The notes: generated from the sequence alone by a model not told the origin. DNA of 64,000 bases from Octopus vulgaris (GCA_951406725.2 OX597817.1:47616001-47680000), one strand, 5' to 3'; shown: positions 1-14,298, numbered from the stretch's first letter. Numbers and translations are program-made.

Positions 1-20
1 AGCGGACGTTGATGATGATG

Positions 21-60
21 ATATATATACAATCACATGCATATAAACACACATATCAAA

Positions 61-104
<44 letters not shown>

Positions 105-906
105 GTGCACACATGCATGCACGCGCGCACGCACACATGCATGCACGCATGCCTGTGGGACCTGGCTTTATTTCGGGCGTACGTCGGAGCTTGTGCGTGT
201 GTGCCTGTAGATTCGCATGCGCCCGCACCGCAAGAGTTTTCTCCATCAATCTTTCAGTTGCGAAGTGTGTCCTTGCATGCATATATATACACACATATAA
301 ACCCTTACATTTGTACACACACGCACATACATACATACATTCACTCCCACGCACGTACACACACACATTTACATATATATACAATACACGCACACACATA
401 CACACGTACAAACACACACTAATTCACATACACACCGACACATATACAAACACACAACATATACCTCCATGCGCACGCACACATACACATACGTACACAC
501 ATAAGCACAGACACACACATACATACGCACACATACGCACGCACATGCACGAAAAAAAAACCCACAACCCCATGGATACACGCATATACATCCATTTACG
601 CTTACACACACACACATATACGGACACACAACTACACGCACATACATACATACACACGCACACATACACTAAGTTAAGCACAGTTACTCGCCATACACAC
701 AAAAAAAAACGCACACATACACACACACATACTACAACAAAACACACACATGATACATATACACGCACACACACATACCTCCCTGTTTCTGACCTGCCTT
801 TCTGACTTGCTTGGGTACCCCCACACCACTCCTTAATTCTACTACTGCCTGCTACTAGCCATTGTCCACCATACACACACACACACACACACATACTCAC
901 ACACAC
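21..906. repeat. Compound (TA)n/(CA)n low-complexity tract
   Basis: Almost pure purine-pyrimidine alternation; the His/Thr and Val/Cys-rich ORFs here are artefacts. Confidence 0.9.
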
Positions 907-1067
907 TTGTCATCTCACACACCTTTTTTAGCATTCCTTCTTTGATATAGCTCTCTTGTTTTTAAAAACATTTTCCTCCATTTTTACCACTTCCATCTTT
1001 TACTATGTGACCACCAGTAATTTTTTTATCCTCTGTCCTCCCATCTCGGGACCTTTCCTTCTCCTAT

Positions 1068-1102
1068 GTTTCCGACGAAGAGCTCTGCTTGAAACGTCAA
1101 AC
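1068..1102 (+). ncRNA. Minimal hammerhead motif (family 2) in a (TA)n-adjacent element at about 1020-1200
   Basis: GTTT-CCGACGA-A-GAGC-TCT-GCTT-GAAAC-GTC-AAAC. One core change (U4C) relative to the 31677-31711 copy. Confidence 0.55.
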
Positions 1103-1195
1103 CCTCCTTCTTCCCTTCTTTCCTGAGCATCCAATAATACTTTATTTGTGCCACATCCTTGCGTTGTTGTCTTTTTGTTTTCTTGTTTGGATTAA

Positions 1196-1237
<42 letters not shown>

Positions 1238-2195
1238 GAGACATGTTGAGTCAAGTACGTCAACATCAAAATAAAATTCAAATGGAAATTGTAGTTAAGA
1301 CACCTGTACTGGTGACACGTAAAAAGCACCGTCCGAACGTGGCAGATACTAGCGCCACCTGACTGGCATCTGTGTTGGTGACACGTAAAAGCACCAACCA
1401 ATCGTGGCCGTTTGCCAGCCTGCTTTGGCACGTAAAAAACACCCACTACACTCACGGAGCAGTTGGCGTTAGGAAGGGCATCCAGCTGTAGAAACATTGC
1501 CAAATCAGACTAGAGCCTGGTGCAGCCTCCATGGCTTACCAGACCCCGGTCAAACCGTCCAACCCATGCTAGCATGGAAAACGGACATTAAATGATGATG
1601 ATGATGATGATAAAGACATACATACACACATGTACATATCAAACCATACACACACACCACATCACAGGCATGCAATATGTATATGAACATGAGAGGGAAA
1701 GAGAGAGTAAAGAAAGATGTGTGAATAATTTCAACACTGCATAACTGTAGAATGACCACTGAAGCCTTTCTCGAATGATGAAGCATCAATCTTTAATGTG
1801 CTTTCACCAACTTTTCCTGGCCATGTATCACTATATGCGTGTGTTTGAGTTTGGAGTATGTAAATTAGAAGAAACTCATTTAAAAACAATATTTCTTTCT
1901 TAGAATTTCCTTGCCTACATAATGACAGCAACAACAAATAAGGCCACACAACATAGGCTGTAGTACTTAACACATCTTGTTTTGGCAAGTTAAGTAGTAA
2001 ATCTATCACAAAACAAAAACCGAACAACATAAGACTAAAATACAATGTTAGATGTCATGTAAATATTATACAGGAAATATGACATGGAACAGACAGCAAC
2101 CACTCTGTAGGGAAGAAGAGATACATTGGCACAATAAAACACTGGAAATCATAAGAAGAAACACAGAATTCTACCTGCCAGAATTTGCTTCCAAG

Positions 2196-2842
2196 AGGCA
2201 AAGTGGCTCAGTTCCTTTCGAGCAGGAGGCAAAGTAGCTGAGTTCCTTTCAAGCAGGAGGCAAAGTGGCTGAGTTTCTCTCGAGCAGGAGGCAAAGTTGC
2301 TGAGTTCCTTTCAAGCAGGAGGCAAAGTGGCTGAGTTCCTTTCGAGCAGGAGGCAAAGTGGCTGAGTTCCTTTCGAGCAGGAGGCGAAGTAGCTGAGTTC
2401 CTTTCGAGCAGGAGGCGAAGTAGCTGAGTTCCTTTCGAGCAGGAGGCAAAGTGGCTGAGTTCCTTTTGAGCAGGAGGCAAAGTGGCTGAGTTCCTTTCGA
2501 GCAGGAAGCAAAGTGGCTGAGTTCCTTTCGAGCAGGAGGCAAAGTGGCTGAGTTCCTTTCGAGCAGGAGGTGAAGTAGCTGTTTTCCTTTCGAGCAGGAG
2601 GCAAAGTGGCTGAGTTCCTTTCGAGCAGGAGGCGAAGTAGCTGAGTTCCTTTCGAGCAGGAGGCAAAGTGGCTGAGTTCCTTTCGAGCAAGAGGCAAAGT
2701 GGCTGAGTTCCTTTTGAGCAGGAGGTGAAGTAGCTGTTTTCCTTTCGAGCAGGAGGCAAAGTGGCTGAGTTCCTTTTGAGCAGGAGGTGAAGTAGCTGTT
2801 TTCCTTTCGAGCAGGAGGCAAAGTGGCTGAGTTCCTTTCAAG
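2196..2842. repeat. 31-bp minisatellite, about 21 units
   Basis: Unit GAGCAGGAGGCAAAGTGGCTGAGTTCCTTTC repeated head-to-tail with no spacers. It accounts for the three overlapping minus-strand ORFs at 2208-2841. Confidence 0.95.
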
Positions 2843-2844
2843 TA

Positions 2845-2890
<46 letters not shown>

Positions 2891-2920
2891 ATCACATGCA
2901 CATACACGCACATATTAAAC

Positions 2921-2951
<31 letters not shown>

Positions 2952-4565
2952 GTACATACACACATGTACATATCAAACAATACACACACGTGGCCTAGTG
3001 GTTAGGGTATTGCACTTATGATCACTAAATCATGGGTTCAATTCCCAGAGCAAGCAGTGCATTGTGTTCTTGAGCAAAATACCTCATTTCAAGTTGTTCC
3101 TGTCCACTCAGCAGTATATAAGTGACCTTATGATGGATTAGCCTTCCAATAGGGAGTCATGTTGGCCTGCTCAGCTAGCCATCGAGGTGGCATCACTCGA
3201 AGATAAAACAATGTGAAGCACACTGTGACCAGCGATATATAACAACATCAAAAGACGGCGAGTTGGCAGAAACTTTAGCACATCAGGCGAAATGCTTAGT
3301 AGTATTTCCTCTGTCTTTATGTTCAAAGTTCAAATTCCACCGAGGTCAACTTCGTCTTTAATCCTTTCAGGGCCAATAAATTAAGTACCAGTTGCATACT
3401 GGGGTCAATCTAATCGACTGGGCCCCACCCCCACTCCCCAAAAATTTCGGGCCTTGTGCTTAGAGTAGAAAAGATATAACAACATCCAATAGCCTGGTCG
3501 ATACTGCAATAACATGGTATACATACATTAATAAGCATGCACACACACACATATCATCATTTAACATTTGTTTCCAATCTGACATGGGTTAGATAGTTTG
3601 ACAGGCGCTGGCAAACCAGAAGACTGCACCAGGCTTTGCATGGTTTTTACAGTTGAATGCCTTTCCTAATGCCAACCACCTTACAAAATATTCCAAGTGG
3701 TTCTTACATGGCACCAGCACCAGCGATGTCTGTTTTGGCATGGTTTTTACAGCTGGATGTCCTTCCTAATGCCAACCACTTTACATAGTAGCCTCGGTGC
3801 TTTTTACATAGCGTTGGGTGTCTGAAACATGCTTCCATATCCGTCACAAATGTCTGGGTGTTTTTCATTTGTGTTAATAATACTGGGTCAAACATGTCTT
3901 TCTTCCAATGTCTTCCAATTAAACCACCAAAGTAAAAAAATGAAGGCAGACGCACATCAAACGCAGTCTTACTTCTTTGCTTTATTCCTCAGTTTCGTTA
4001 TTATCGATTAATAATCTGACTTGTACGTAGCTTTGTAAAAATCACAAAGCAACCGACTTCTCAGATGCTTTCATTTTATTAATGAAACAAACCCAAAGAG
4101 AACACAGAATTTTTGAAAATAAGTGTAAGCGACATGTGGAGAAAGCAATCACTAATGAAATATGAGCTGTAGTTAGGCTAAGTTTCATACATAAAGCAAT
4201 TTATCTTTTCAAATATTAATATGGTCGTGTCCAGTACAAAACTGTAATAATGAAATTGTAGGGTTTCTTTTTTTATTATTTATACATTGATTTATTTATT
4301 TTTACTGATTTTAACTTTCAAAGATTATATTCCTGTTCTTTCAAGTAAAGGAACAAAAATTTTCAGTGAAAATATGTGATGTGATGTGTGATATGCCCAC
4401 GATGCAGAGGAGATGTTTAGGCATGTAGCTGTCTACAGATCTTACTTAAAGACAACATACATACAAACAGTATATCACTAACAGCGAGACCGGAGAAGAC
4501 TTATTAGCGTTTGACTTCTGATATATCAATCATGCAAAAATGCATAGAGTTATAGCTGATTTTCT

Positions 4566-4885
4566 CGACGACGACAATGACGGCGACGACGAAAATGACG
4601 GTGACAATGACGGTGACGACTACAATGACGGCAACGACAACAATGACGGCGACAACAACGATAATGAAAATGATGATAATGATGATGATACTGACAACAA
4701 TGTTGATGGTGGTGATGATGATGATGGCAATAGGGATTGCAATGACGATAATGATGAGAATGGTGATGATGGTGATGGTGGTGGTGATGATGATGATGAA
4801 GAGAAGTAAGAAAGAAGAGAGACACTGATGATAGTGATGCTGGTGAGGACAAGGCATGATGATGATGACGACAATGACGATGATG
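4566..4885. repeat. Degenerate (GAY/AAY)n trinucleotide tract
   Basis: gacgacgacaatgacggc...gatgatgat run giving poly-D/N, poly-H and poly-M ORFs. Confidence 0.85.
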
Positions 4886-6277
4886 CTAAATGGGAGGCAG
4901 AAGATACGTAATGATGATAATTATCCTGATGTAACAGCAGGCGGGAGGTAACAATGATTACAATGTTGCCATTTTGTTCACTTTCTTGTTGTAGAAGATG
5001 CTGGCATTGTCTATTTAATTGGTCATCACTGTCATTGCTGTTTAACTCCAGGCCATCTCTGACTCAGCAAACTAATGATCAAATGTGTTTCAACCATGAC
5101 CATCCCACCTTTTTATATATATATCAAGGACAACATTATCCAACATTTCTTTCGATATTTTTGAAAGATGGTAGATGACAAGGGAGATTTGGTTGCTATT
5201 CCTAGCAAGTCAGATGATCATGTAGAGGCCCCTTCATTATTTTCATTTGTTTATTCTTACCACTGTTGTTGTTGCTCTGGCTTTTTCCTCTCTGTGGTAA
5301 GAAACTCAACAGAGCTGAACAGCAACAGGTCTTCAGAGAAGAAACCCACCTCAACCAAGTATTTTGGCCCTTAACTTCTTACACTCTAAAAACTGGGGCA
5401 GGCTGCAACCAGATCATGAGTCCAGGGTGCCCTTCTTTTGACACTATTTAGCCACTTGGATATTGGAGACTTGCATTCATTTATCCCTTTAGCCTTCGCA
5501 TTATCCTGTTAAATCTAATGCTTATTTATTCGCACTGTCTTGGATTAATTATGTATTATCTTGTAATTTCAAGAGTTTGATGTGGTAGTTTATTTTTAGA
5601 ATGACATTGTAGAGTAAGTGTGAGGGGCCAGATATAGCCAGTTTGCTTATGAAACAGATAGAATATTTTGGCCAGATATGCCAGTGCCGCCTTGACTGGC
5701 TTCTGTGCCAGTGGCATGTAAAAAGCACCAACCGATCATGGCCGCTGCCAGCCTCTCCTGGCACCTGTGCTGGTGGCACGTAAAAAGCACCCACTACACT
5801 CATGGAGTGGTTGGCTTTAGGAAGGGCATCCAGCTGTAGAAACTCTGCCAGATCAGACTGAACCTTGTGCAGCCTCCTGGCTTCTCAGACCCCGATCAAA
5901 TAATCCAACCCATGCTAGCACGGAAAACGGACATTAAACGATGATGATGATGGTCAGTTTAAATGCTCATGGGTGAAACCACTTGGAGATTTCATGTAAT
6001 TGTAATTCCTCCCCATTGACTCAGCTTCCAAATTTATTCTTAAAGAAGAAACAACGTTGGTTGTCTCTTCTCTTCATCTCATTGCATAAAGATGTTTCCC
6101 CTCCAAGTTCATAGTCTTACAAGCTACTCAGCAACCTCGCTGGTGCTGATGCCATTAAAAAGGCACCCAGTACATGCGGTAAAGTAGTTGGCACTGGGAA
6201 GAGCACCCAGCCATGGAACCCATGCCAAAACAGATGCTGGAGGAACATGATGCAGACCCCAGGCCCATCAGAGACTG

Positions 6278-6505
6278 TTAACCCTTTCATTACTGTATTT
6301 ATTTTGAGATGCTCTGTGTTTCTTTTAATTACTTTAAATATAACAAAGAATTTAGTAAAATAACTTAGTTATCATTAAGCTAGTGTTAGGAACATAAATT
6401 GCGACTAAGGTTTCGTGGAAGATTTTAATTCAAAACTTATGAAAACAAGACATTTGTATTCAGAGCCAAGGCCGGTTTCAGCCGGGTTGGTTATGAAAGG
6501 GTTAA
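6278..6505. mobile_element. piggyBac-type MITE (TTAA-CCCTTT...AAAGGG-TTAA)
   Basis: TTAA target duplication and CCCTTTCAT/ATGAAAGGG TIRs. Further copies at 16617-16843, 45818-46031, 46055-46200 (partial) and 52180-52839. Confidence 0.75.
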
Positions 6506-8299
6506 ATTGTCCAACCCATGCTGGCATAGACCGTGAACACGAAATGGTGATGGTGATGATGATGATGATGTTTTTAATGTGGTGGTGGTGGTGGTGGTGA
6601 TATTTTTAATGTTACAGTAGTTATTACTGCTTTTGAGTTGTCATCTCCATTGGTAATGGTGTGGTTATAAAAATCTACAAATTCTTGATGCCACTTTTTA
6701 TTTTATTCTAACCTTCCATATTTTTATTTCAAAACAGAAATCTAAATTTTAAGGAAAAAAAAACTATAAATATATATATATATATGTTTCTTCATTTTTC
6801 TTTTTCCTTTCTTAAAGGTTTATTTATTTACAGTTTTCACACACAGACATAAATCAAAACTTGGTTTTCTACATACATTCCTATATTTTAACATTGCCAT
6901 CACCTCTCTCCCCCATTACACACACACACACACACATACATACATGCATGCATACAGATAAGGCATATACATACACATACTGGCAATTACATACAGATTC
7001 GCACAATGCATAATCTTCCAGAATACATGTATACAGATACAGGGCATAAATAAACATACATATAAACAAAACATCATAAGAAATATATTAATACCAATTG
7101 ATACATAAACACATAACGAATATTAATATATACGAACACACACTCATATATCAAGTAATACACATACTGACAAAGTTGAATACAACAATGCTTTAAAACA
7201 TATTCCTCGAAACCCGTAATACATATATACATACAAATGCATACACAACACACACACACATGCATACACACACACACACACCATACAGAAGTATAAGACA
7301 CACTTGTACATAAACATATAATATATATTAACGCATATAAACACACACACAATGCATATACAACACACACACACACACTTCATACAGAAGAATAAGACAC
7401 ACTTGTACATACACATATAATATATATTAACGCATATAAACACACACACAATGCATATACAACACACCCACACACATCATGCAGAAGTACAAGACACACT
7501 TGTACATAAACATATAAGATATATTAACACATATAAACACACACATACAAACTACATACTCACATATACTGACAAGCTTAAAAGTACAATACATTGACAT
7601 ACGCTTCCAACTACAGAATATATACACGCGTACAAATACAGAGATAAAGGCACGCTTATACATAAACATATAAAGTGTATTAGCATATATACACGCAAAT
7701 ACATATTCACATTATCATCATCACCATCATTATTATTACCATTATTGTGTGCACACACATATATCTCTACACGTAGACATACATAAATCACATATAAATA
7801 TATACTGATAAATGGCTAGTTGCTTATCGAGATTATAGATAGGTCAGCATTTTTATAAAGCTCAACTAACGGTCAGGAAAAAAAAAAAGTTTGTGATAAG
7901 ACAGCAGAAAAATGTTTTAATATTCATTCAGTCTTTGCCAGAAGTTGTTGGAAATCAGCAATGATTTCAAATATACATCTATCTATTGTAGAAATAAAGA
8001 TGAAAGCAAGCATCAATAATGGGAAGCTGTGTTCAATTTATTTGGCTGTTCTGCGAGACCTAGCAAGAATTTAACAGATTCATAAGCAATAACGGGAATA
8101 TTGTTTGTAGTCTGAGGCAAGATACAGTGTCTATATCTAAGTTCTTGGTGTGTTGGTGACATTAAGCTGTGGGGTGGGCAGGGATATGAAGGAAAGATGG
8201 AGAGAAGTGTACAGAGGAGCGGAGGCAGTGAGTATTAAAGGCAGGGTGGAGGAAGAGGAATAAAAATGTAAGTAATAAGGCAAGAAACAAATAAAGAGA

Positions 8300-9285
8300 A
8301 TCAATGATGGATGTGTAATGTCAGTGTGCATACTCGACAGAGTGTAAGTACCATGGGAGAAATGTTGGACCTAAGAAGCATCAGATGTGGTGTGCAAGAG
8401 AGACGACTGCGCTGGTATGGTCATGTGGCGAGAATGGATGAGAACAGCTGTGTGAAAAAGTGCCACACCCTAGCGGTTGAAGGAACCTGTGGAAGAGGTA
8501 GCCCCAGGAAGACCTGGGCTGAAGTGGTGAAGCACAACCTTCGAACTTTGGGCCTCACCAAGTATATGACTAGTGACCGAGACTTTTGGAAATATGCCAT
8601 GTGAGAAGACCCGGCAAGCCAAATGAGACCATAATCTCGTGGCCAATGCCAGGGGCGTTACCATCCCACTTATGCATACCTTTTCCTTCTTTGGACACTA
8701 AAACTCTGCTTGTGAAGACCTGTTGAGGCAAGTGAAATCAAAATCAAAATCAAATTCAATGACTGGCATCCGTGCTAGCGGGGTGCAAAGAGCACCATAC
8801 GAGTGTGATCATTGACAGAGCGGCTAACCGGCTTCTGTGCCAGTGGCACTTAAAAGGGCACCATTTGAGTGTGATCATTACCAGTGTCACCTTACTGGCA
8901 CTCGAGGCCTGTGCTAGTAGGGTATTAAAAGCACCATCCGAGCGTGATCATTGCCAGAGCGGCTATCTGGCCTCCATGCCGGTGGCACGTAAAAGACACC
9001 ATTCGAGCGTGATCGTTATCAGCATCGCCTTACTGGCACCTGTGCTGGTGGCATGTGTAAAAGATTCAAGCAAGGTCGTTTCCAGTACCGTCTGACTGGC
9101 TCCGTGCCGGTGGCACGTAAAAGCACCCACTACACTCTCGGAGTGGTTGGCATTAGGAAGGGCATCTAGCTGTAGAAACTCTGCCAGACCAAGATTAAAG
9201 CCTGGTGCAGCCATCTGGTTCGCCAGCCCTCAGTCATTCATCCAACCCATGCTAGCATGGAAAGCGGACGTTAAATGATGATGAA
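8300..9285 (+). mobile_element. RTE-clade LINE 3' end: ORF C-terminus, repetitive 3' UTR and (GAT)n tail
   Basis: ERRLRWYGHVARMDENSCVKKC..VEGTCGRGSPRKTWAEVV is the RTE C-terminal signature. It is followed by tandem ggcacgtaaaagcacc units and catgctagcatggaaagcggacgttaaatgatg. Confidence 0.85.
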
Positions 9286-11099
9286 TGAAGGAAAGAAGGG
9301 AAAATGTGACTGAAAGAGTATAAGATACTACTACGGCACATCGTTGGTTATGACAACAAGGGTTCCAGTTGATGTGATCAACGGAACAGCCTGCTCATAA
9401 AATTAACGTGCAAGTGGCTGAGCACTACACAGACATGTGTGCCCTTAACGTAGTTCTCAGGCAGATTCGGCGTGGCACAGAGTGTGACAAGGCTGACCCT
9501 TTGAAATACAGGTATAACAGAAACAGGATGAAAGAATGGGAGAAAGTTGCGGTGAAAGGGTACAGCAGGGTTTGCCACTACCAACCCATCCCTACCGGAG
9601 CCTCATGGAGCTTTGGGTGATCTTGCTCAATAAACACTCACAACTCCCGGTCTGGGAATCGAAACTGCAATCCTACAACCGCGAGTCCACTGCCCTAACC
9701 CCTGGGCCATTGTGTCTCTACTATAAGATATAAAGAAAAAGAAAGATGAGGTAAAAGAAGATTTAAAAAAGGATACAGATATGAAAATTGTAAAGAAAAT
9801 AAAGTAAGCTTAAATGATAAAGAGAAAGAGGGAGGAGAGAGAGAAGTAAGGAGAGGGTAAACTTGAATGAGAAAGTGAGATAGATTAATTGTAAGAGGTG
9901 GGGGTAAAAGAGAGCAGAATAAATGGGGAGAGAGTAAACTTGAATGAGAAAGTGGAGGGAGAGAGGCTGATTGTTAAAAGAGAGGGGAAGAGAGAGTAGT
10001 AAGGAGAGAGTAAGTTTAAATAAGAAAGTGGAGAGAGAGAGAGCAGAAGAAGGAGGGAGAGAGTAAGCTTAATTGAGAAAGTGGAGAGAGAGAGAGATTA
10101 ATTGTAAAAGAGAGAGGGGGTTAAGAGAGAGCAGAAGAGGTAGAGATAAATAAAGGAGTAGGAAAAAGGAGTAGGAGAAATAAGAGGAAAAGAGAAAGGA
10201 TGAGGAAGAGATAGATAGAAAGGTAGAGAGCAGTAAAAATAAAAGGAATTTTAAGCCAGCCATAGAACCATACCAGTAGTTGTGAGAAAAAGAAAGACTT
10301 CTGGGAGGGAATATCTGAGCTGATTCTCTAACATGTGATGTTGGGTGATTCTAAAATTCTTTTAACAAATCACCAACAATGGCTTTTAATCGGAAAACTT
10401 CTGAGCAAGCTTGGCTGAGGATATTTACAGGAGATATTTTTCACTCGAAAAGATTTTCATTTGTGTTTTAGCAATTTTTTTTTTTCTTTTTTCGAAAGGG
10501 AAAACAGAAAAAGAAGAAAGTATGAGATGTTTCGGCACAGACGTTTTGGTGCCAACTATTTGGCATTGCTGATTCAAAGCTGATTTATTAGACATCAGGC
10601 TATTTCGTACAGTCTCTTTTACTCTTTTACTTGTTTCAGTCATTTCACTGTGGCCATGCTGAAGCACTGCCTTCAGTCAAGCAAATCAACCCCAGGACTT
10701 ATTCTTTGTAAGCCTAGTACTTATTCTATCAGTCTCTTTTGCCGTACTGCTAAGTTATGGGGATGTAAACACACCAGCATCGGTTGTCAAGCAATGTTGA
10801 GGGGACAAACACACACACATATATATATATAAAGATAGATGAAACCCTGCTAAGCATTTTGTCCACCATGTTAACAATTCTGCCAGGTTGCAGACTTGTT
10901 TCACACACATATATTAACATGAAATTTGGATGGAAAAATTAAATTTTATTACTTTGAAATTGCAAGCTTGTATCACTGAACCGAAAGTGGTCTCAGGTGC
11001 GTTGGTATCAAAAGGGTTGATTGTGACAGAGTTGTTTTATTAAATTCTTCATTATTTTCAAAATTAATAGAAACAGAAGCAGCATATTTCAACAGAGAT

Positions 11100-12385
11100 C
11101 ATCATCATCATCATTATCACCGTTGTCATCGTCGTCGCTTAATGTCCGCTTTCCATGCTAGCATGGGTTGGATGGTTTGACTGAGGACTGGCAAGCCAGG
11201 AGGCTGCACCAGGCTCCAATCTGATCTAGCAAGGTTTCTACAGATGGATGCCCTTCCTAATGCCAACCACTGAGAGTGCAGTGGGGGTGCTTTTTACGTG
11301 CCACCAGCATGGGAGCCAGTCAGGTGGCACAGGCATTGGCCACGCTCAAATGAAGCTTTTTATGTGCCACCAGTATGGGGGTCAGTCAGGAGGTACTGGC
11401 ATTGGTCATGCACAAATGAGGCTTTTTTACGTGCGACCAGCACAGGAGCCAGTCAGGTGGCACTGGCATTGGCAACATTTGAATGGTGCTTTTTATGTGC
11501 CACCAGCACAGGTACCAGTCAGGAGGCACTGGCATCAGTCACACTCAAATGGTGCTTTTTACATGTCATTGGCACAGGTGCCAATCAAGCAGCACTGGCA
11601 TCAGCCAGAACTCCAATTTCACTTGGTTCAATAGGTCTTCATATTGCCTGATGATTGAAGGCTACTTTTAAATGGGCCAGTTATGTGACACTGGCATTGG
11701 CCGTAGCTACGACCTCACTTGGCTTGCCGGGTTTTCTAAAGCACAACACATCTCCAAAGGTCTTAGTCACTTGTCATTGCCTCTGTGAAGCCCAACATTT
11801 GAAGGACATGCTCCATCACCTCATCTCATGTCTTCCTGGCTCTAACCCTCCCACAGGTTCCCTCCACTGTTAGTGGTGTGATACATTTTCACACAGCTCC
11901 TCATCCATACTCAATACATGACCATACCAGTGCAGTCATCTCTCTTACACACCACACCTAATGCTTCTTATATCCAATTTTTCTCTCAAGGCACTTATAC
12001 TCTGTCTTGCATGCACACTGACATTACACATTCAGTGGATCATGCTAGCTTCATTTCTTTCAAGCCTACGCATGTCCTCAGCAGTCACAGCCATGTTTCA
12101 CTACCATGTAGCAAGGCTGTTCGCACACAGGTATCATACAGTTTACCTTTTACTCTGAGCAAGAGATCCTTTGTTACCAACAGAAGTAGGAGCTCTATGA
12201 ACTTTGCCCAGCTTATTCTTATTCTAGCAGCTATGCTCTCACAGCCTCTACTCCCACTACTGACCTGGTCACCTAGGTAATTGAAACTATCAACTACTTC
12301 TAGTTTTTTACCCCCTGGCATGTAATGGACTCTGTTTTCTGTACATCTTCAGTGTTTATTGCACCTGTGCATCTGCCACACACAA
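11100..12385 (-). mobile_element. RTE-clade LINE 3' portion
   Basis: LEVVDSFNYLGDQVSSG..CESIAARIRISWAKF..KGKLYDTCVRTALLHGSETW, followed by the same 3' UTR and (GAT)n tail as 8300-9285. Confidence 0.85.
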
Positions 12386-12749
12386 AAGTATCAAAAGAAA
12401 AAATACTAGAATGAGTTTACAGAGAAGTACTTTTGAGAATATGGTCAAAAGTTCAAACCATAATATACTCAAGGTGTAGTTACACCTAATCAAAGTAGAT
12501 TAATTCTGGACAAAAAACATTTTACATTTTATTTTTGATAATCACCAAGAGAAAAAAATACAAGATTCAAGACAATATGAATCTAAAGCTATTTAGTAGA
12601 CATGCCATAGTCACCTGTCAGCATTTGAATATTAAAAATATTTACCAATTAAAAATGTCTGAATATTAAGAAGTACAAGACGAACATATGAAAAATATAA
12701 TGGAAACAACTACTTATAACCACAGATATTGTTATCAAGCAGTCATTAT

Positions 12750-13790
12750 TATATATTTTAGGCAAGGCGGCGAGCTGGCAGAAACGTTAGCACACCAAGT
12801 GAAATGCTTAGCGATATTTCGTCTGTCTATACGTTCTGAGTTTATAAAAATCCACCGGAGTCGACTTTGCCTTCATCTTTTCAGGGTCGATAAATTAAGT
12901 ACCAGTTGCGTACAGAGGTTGATCTAATCAACTGGCCCCGCTCCCCAAAAAATTTCAGGCTTTGTGCCTAGAGTAGAAAAGATTATATATTTTAGGCAAG
13001 GCAGCGAGCTGGCAGAAATGTTAGCACGCCTGACGAAATGTTTAGTGATATTTCGTCTGTCTTTATGTTCTGAGTTTTAAAAAATCCACCGTGATCGACT
13101 TTGCTTTGCATCATTTCAAGGTCGATAAATTAAGTACCAGTTATGTACTGAGGTTGATCTAATCGACTGGCCCCCTCCCCCAAAAATTTCGGGTTTTGTG
13201 CCTAAAGTAGAAAATATTATATATTTTATGCAAGGCGGCGAGCTGGCAGAGACATTAGCACGCCTGGCGAAATGTTTAGTGATATTTCGTCTGTCTTTAC
13301 GTTCTGAGTTTTAAAAAAATCTACCGTGGTCGACTTTGCCTTCATCTTTTTAGGGTCGATAAATTAAGTACCAGTTGCGTACAGAGGTTGATCTAATCAA
13401 CTGGCCCCGCTCCCCAAAAAATTTCAGGCTTTGTGCCTAGAGTAGAAAAGATTATATATTTTAGGCAAGGCAGCGAGCTGGCAGAAATGTTAGCACACCA
13501 GGCGAAATGTTTAGTGATATTTTGTCTGTCTTTATGTTCTGAGTTCCAAAATCCACCAAGGTTGACTTTGCCTTGCATCTTTTCAGGGTCAAAAAAATTA
13601 AGTACCAGTTACATACTGGGATCAATCTAATCTACTGGCCCCTTCCCCCAAAAATTTCAGGTCTTGTGCCTAGAGTAGAAAAGATTATATATTTTAGGAA
13701 GGATAATGAGTAGACAGAACTGTTTAGCAATAATTCATTGGTCTTTATGTTCTGAGTTCAGGTTCTGTGAAGGTTGACTTTGCCTTTCAT
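12750..13790 (+). repeat. Tandem array of four full and one degenerate about 235-bp tRNA-derived SINE units
   Basis: Repeating ggcggcgagctggcagaa...gccttcatc..gggtcgataaattaagtaccag...gtgcctagagtagaaaagattatatattttag. Confidence 0.9.
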
Positions 13791-14266
13791 GGCTTACTCG
13801 AGTGTACCTGGTTTAACACCACAACTTGGCACCTTAGGTACCTTTAAATGATTCCACTATTTACCCAGAATTCAGGCCAGGTCTCTGGTTTGAGTATCCC
13901 TCCACCCATCCGCATCCCCCACTTCCCAACAGTCTCTCTGAGACCCTGTCTGGCAGTTGGTGAGTTATGATGACAAGGGTTCCAGTTGGTCTGACCAATG
14001 AAGGAACATGCTCATGAAATGAACATACATGTGGTTGAACACTCCCCAGACATACTCTTTTACTTGTTTCAGTCATGTGACTGTGGCCATGCTGGAGCAC
14101 CGCCTTTAGTTGAGCAAACTGACCCCAGGACTTATCTTTTGTAAGCCTAGTACTTATTCTATCGGACTTTTTTGCCGAACCACTAAGTTACAGGGACGTA
14201 AACACACCAGCATCGGTTGTCAAGCAATGTTGGGGGGACAAACACAGACAGACACACAAACATATA

Positions 14267-14298
<32 letters not shown>

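Noticed and set aside
9-906. Long His/Thr and Val/Cys-rich ORFs (also 18080-19135, 6881-7791, 63326-63795)
   Set aside because: These are translations of (CA)n/(TA)n microsatellites with no domain content.
2196-2842. CRISPR-like appearance of 31-bp repeats
   Set aside because: The units are contiguous with no unique spacers, there are no cas genes, and the context is eukaryotic.
4504-4874. Asp/Asn-rich and poly-His ORFs
   Set aside because: A trinucleotide tract open in most frames, with no splice or homology support.
5261-5291. Candidate 31-nt minus-strand exon (ccacag|AGAGG...CAGTG|gtaaga) bracketed by a 10-bp inverted repeat
   Set aside because: Length not divisible by three, no PNPase similarity, and compatible with chance.
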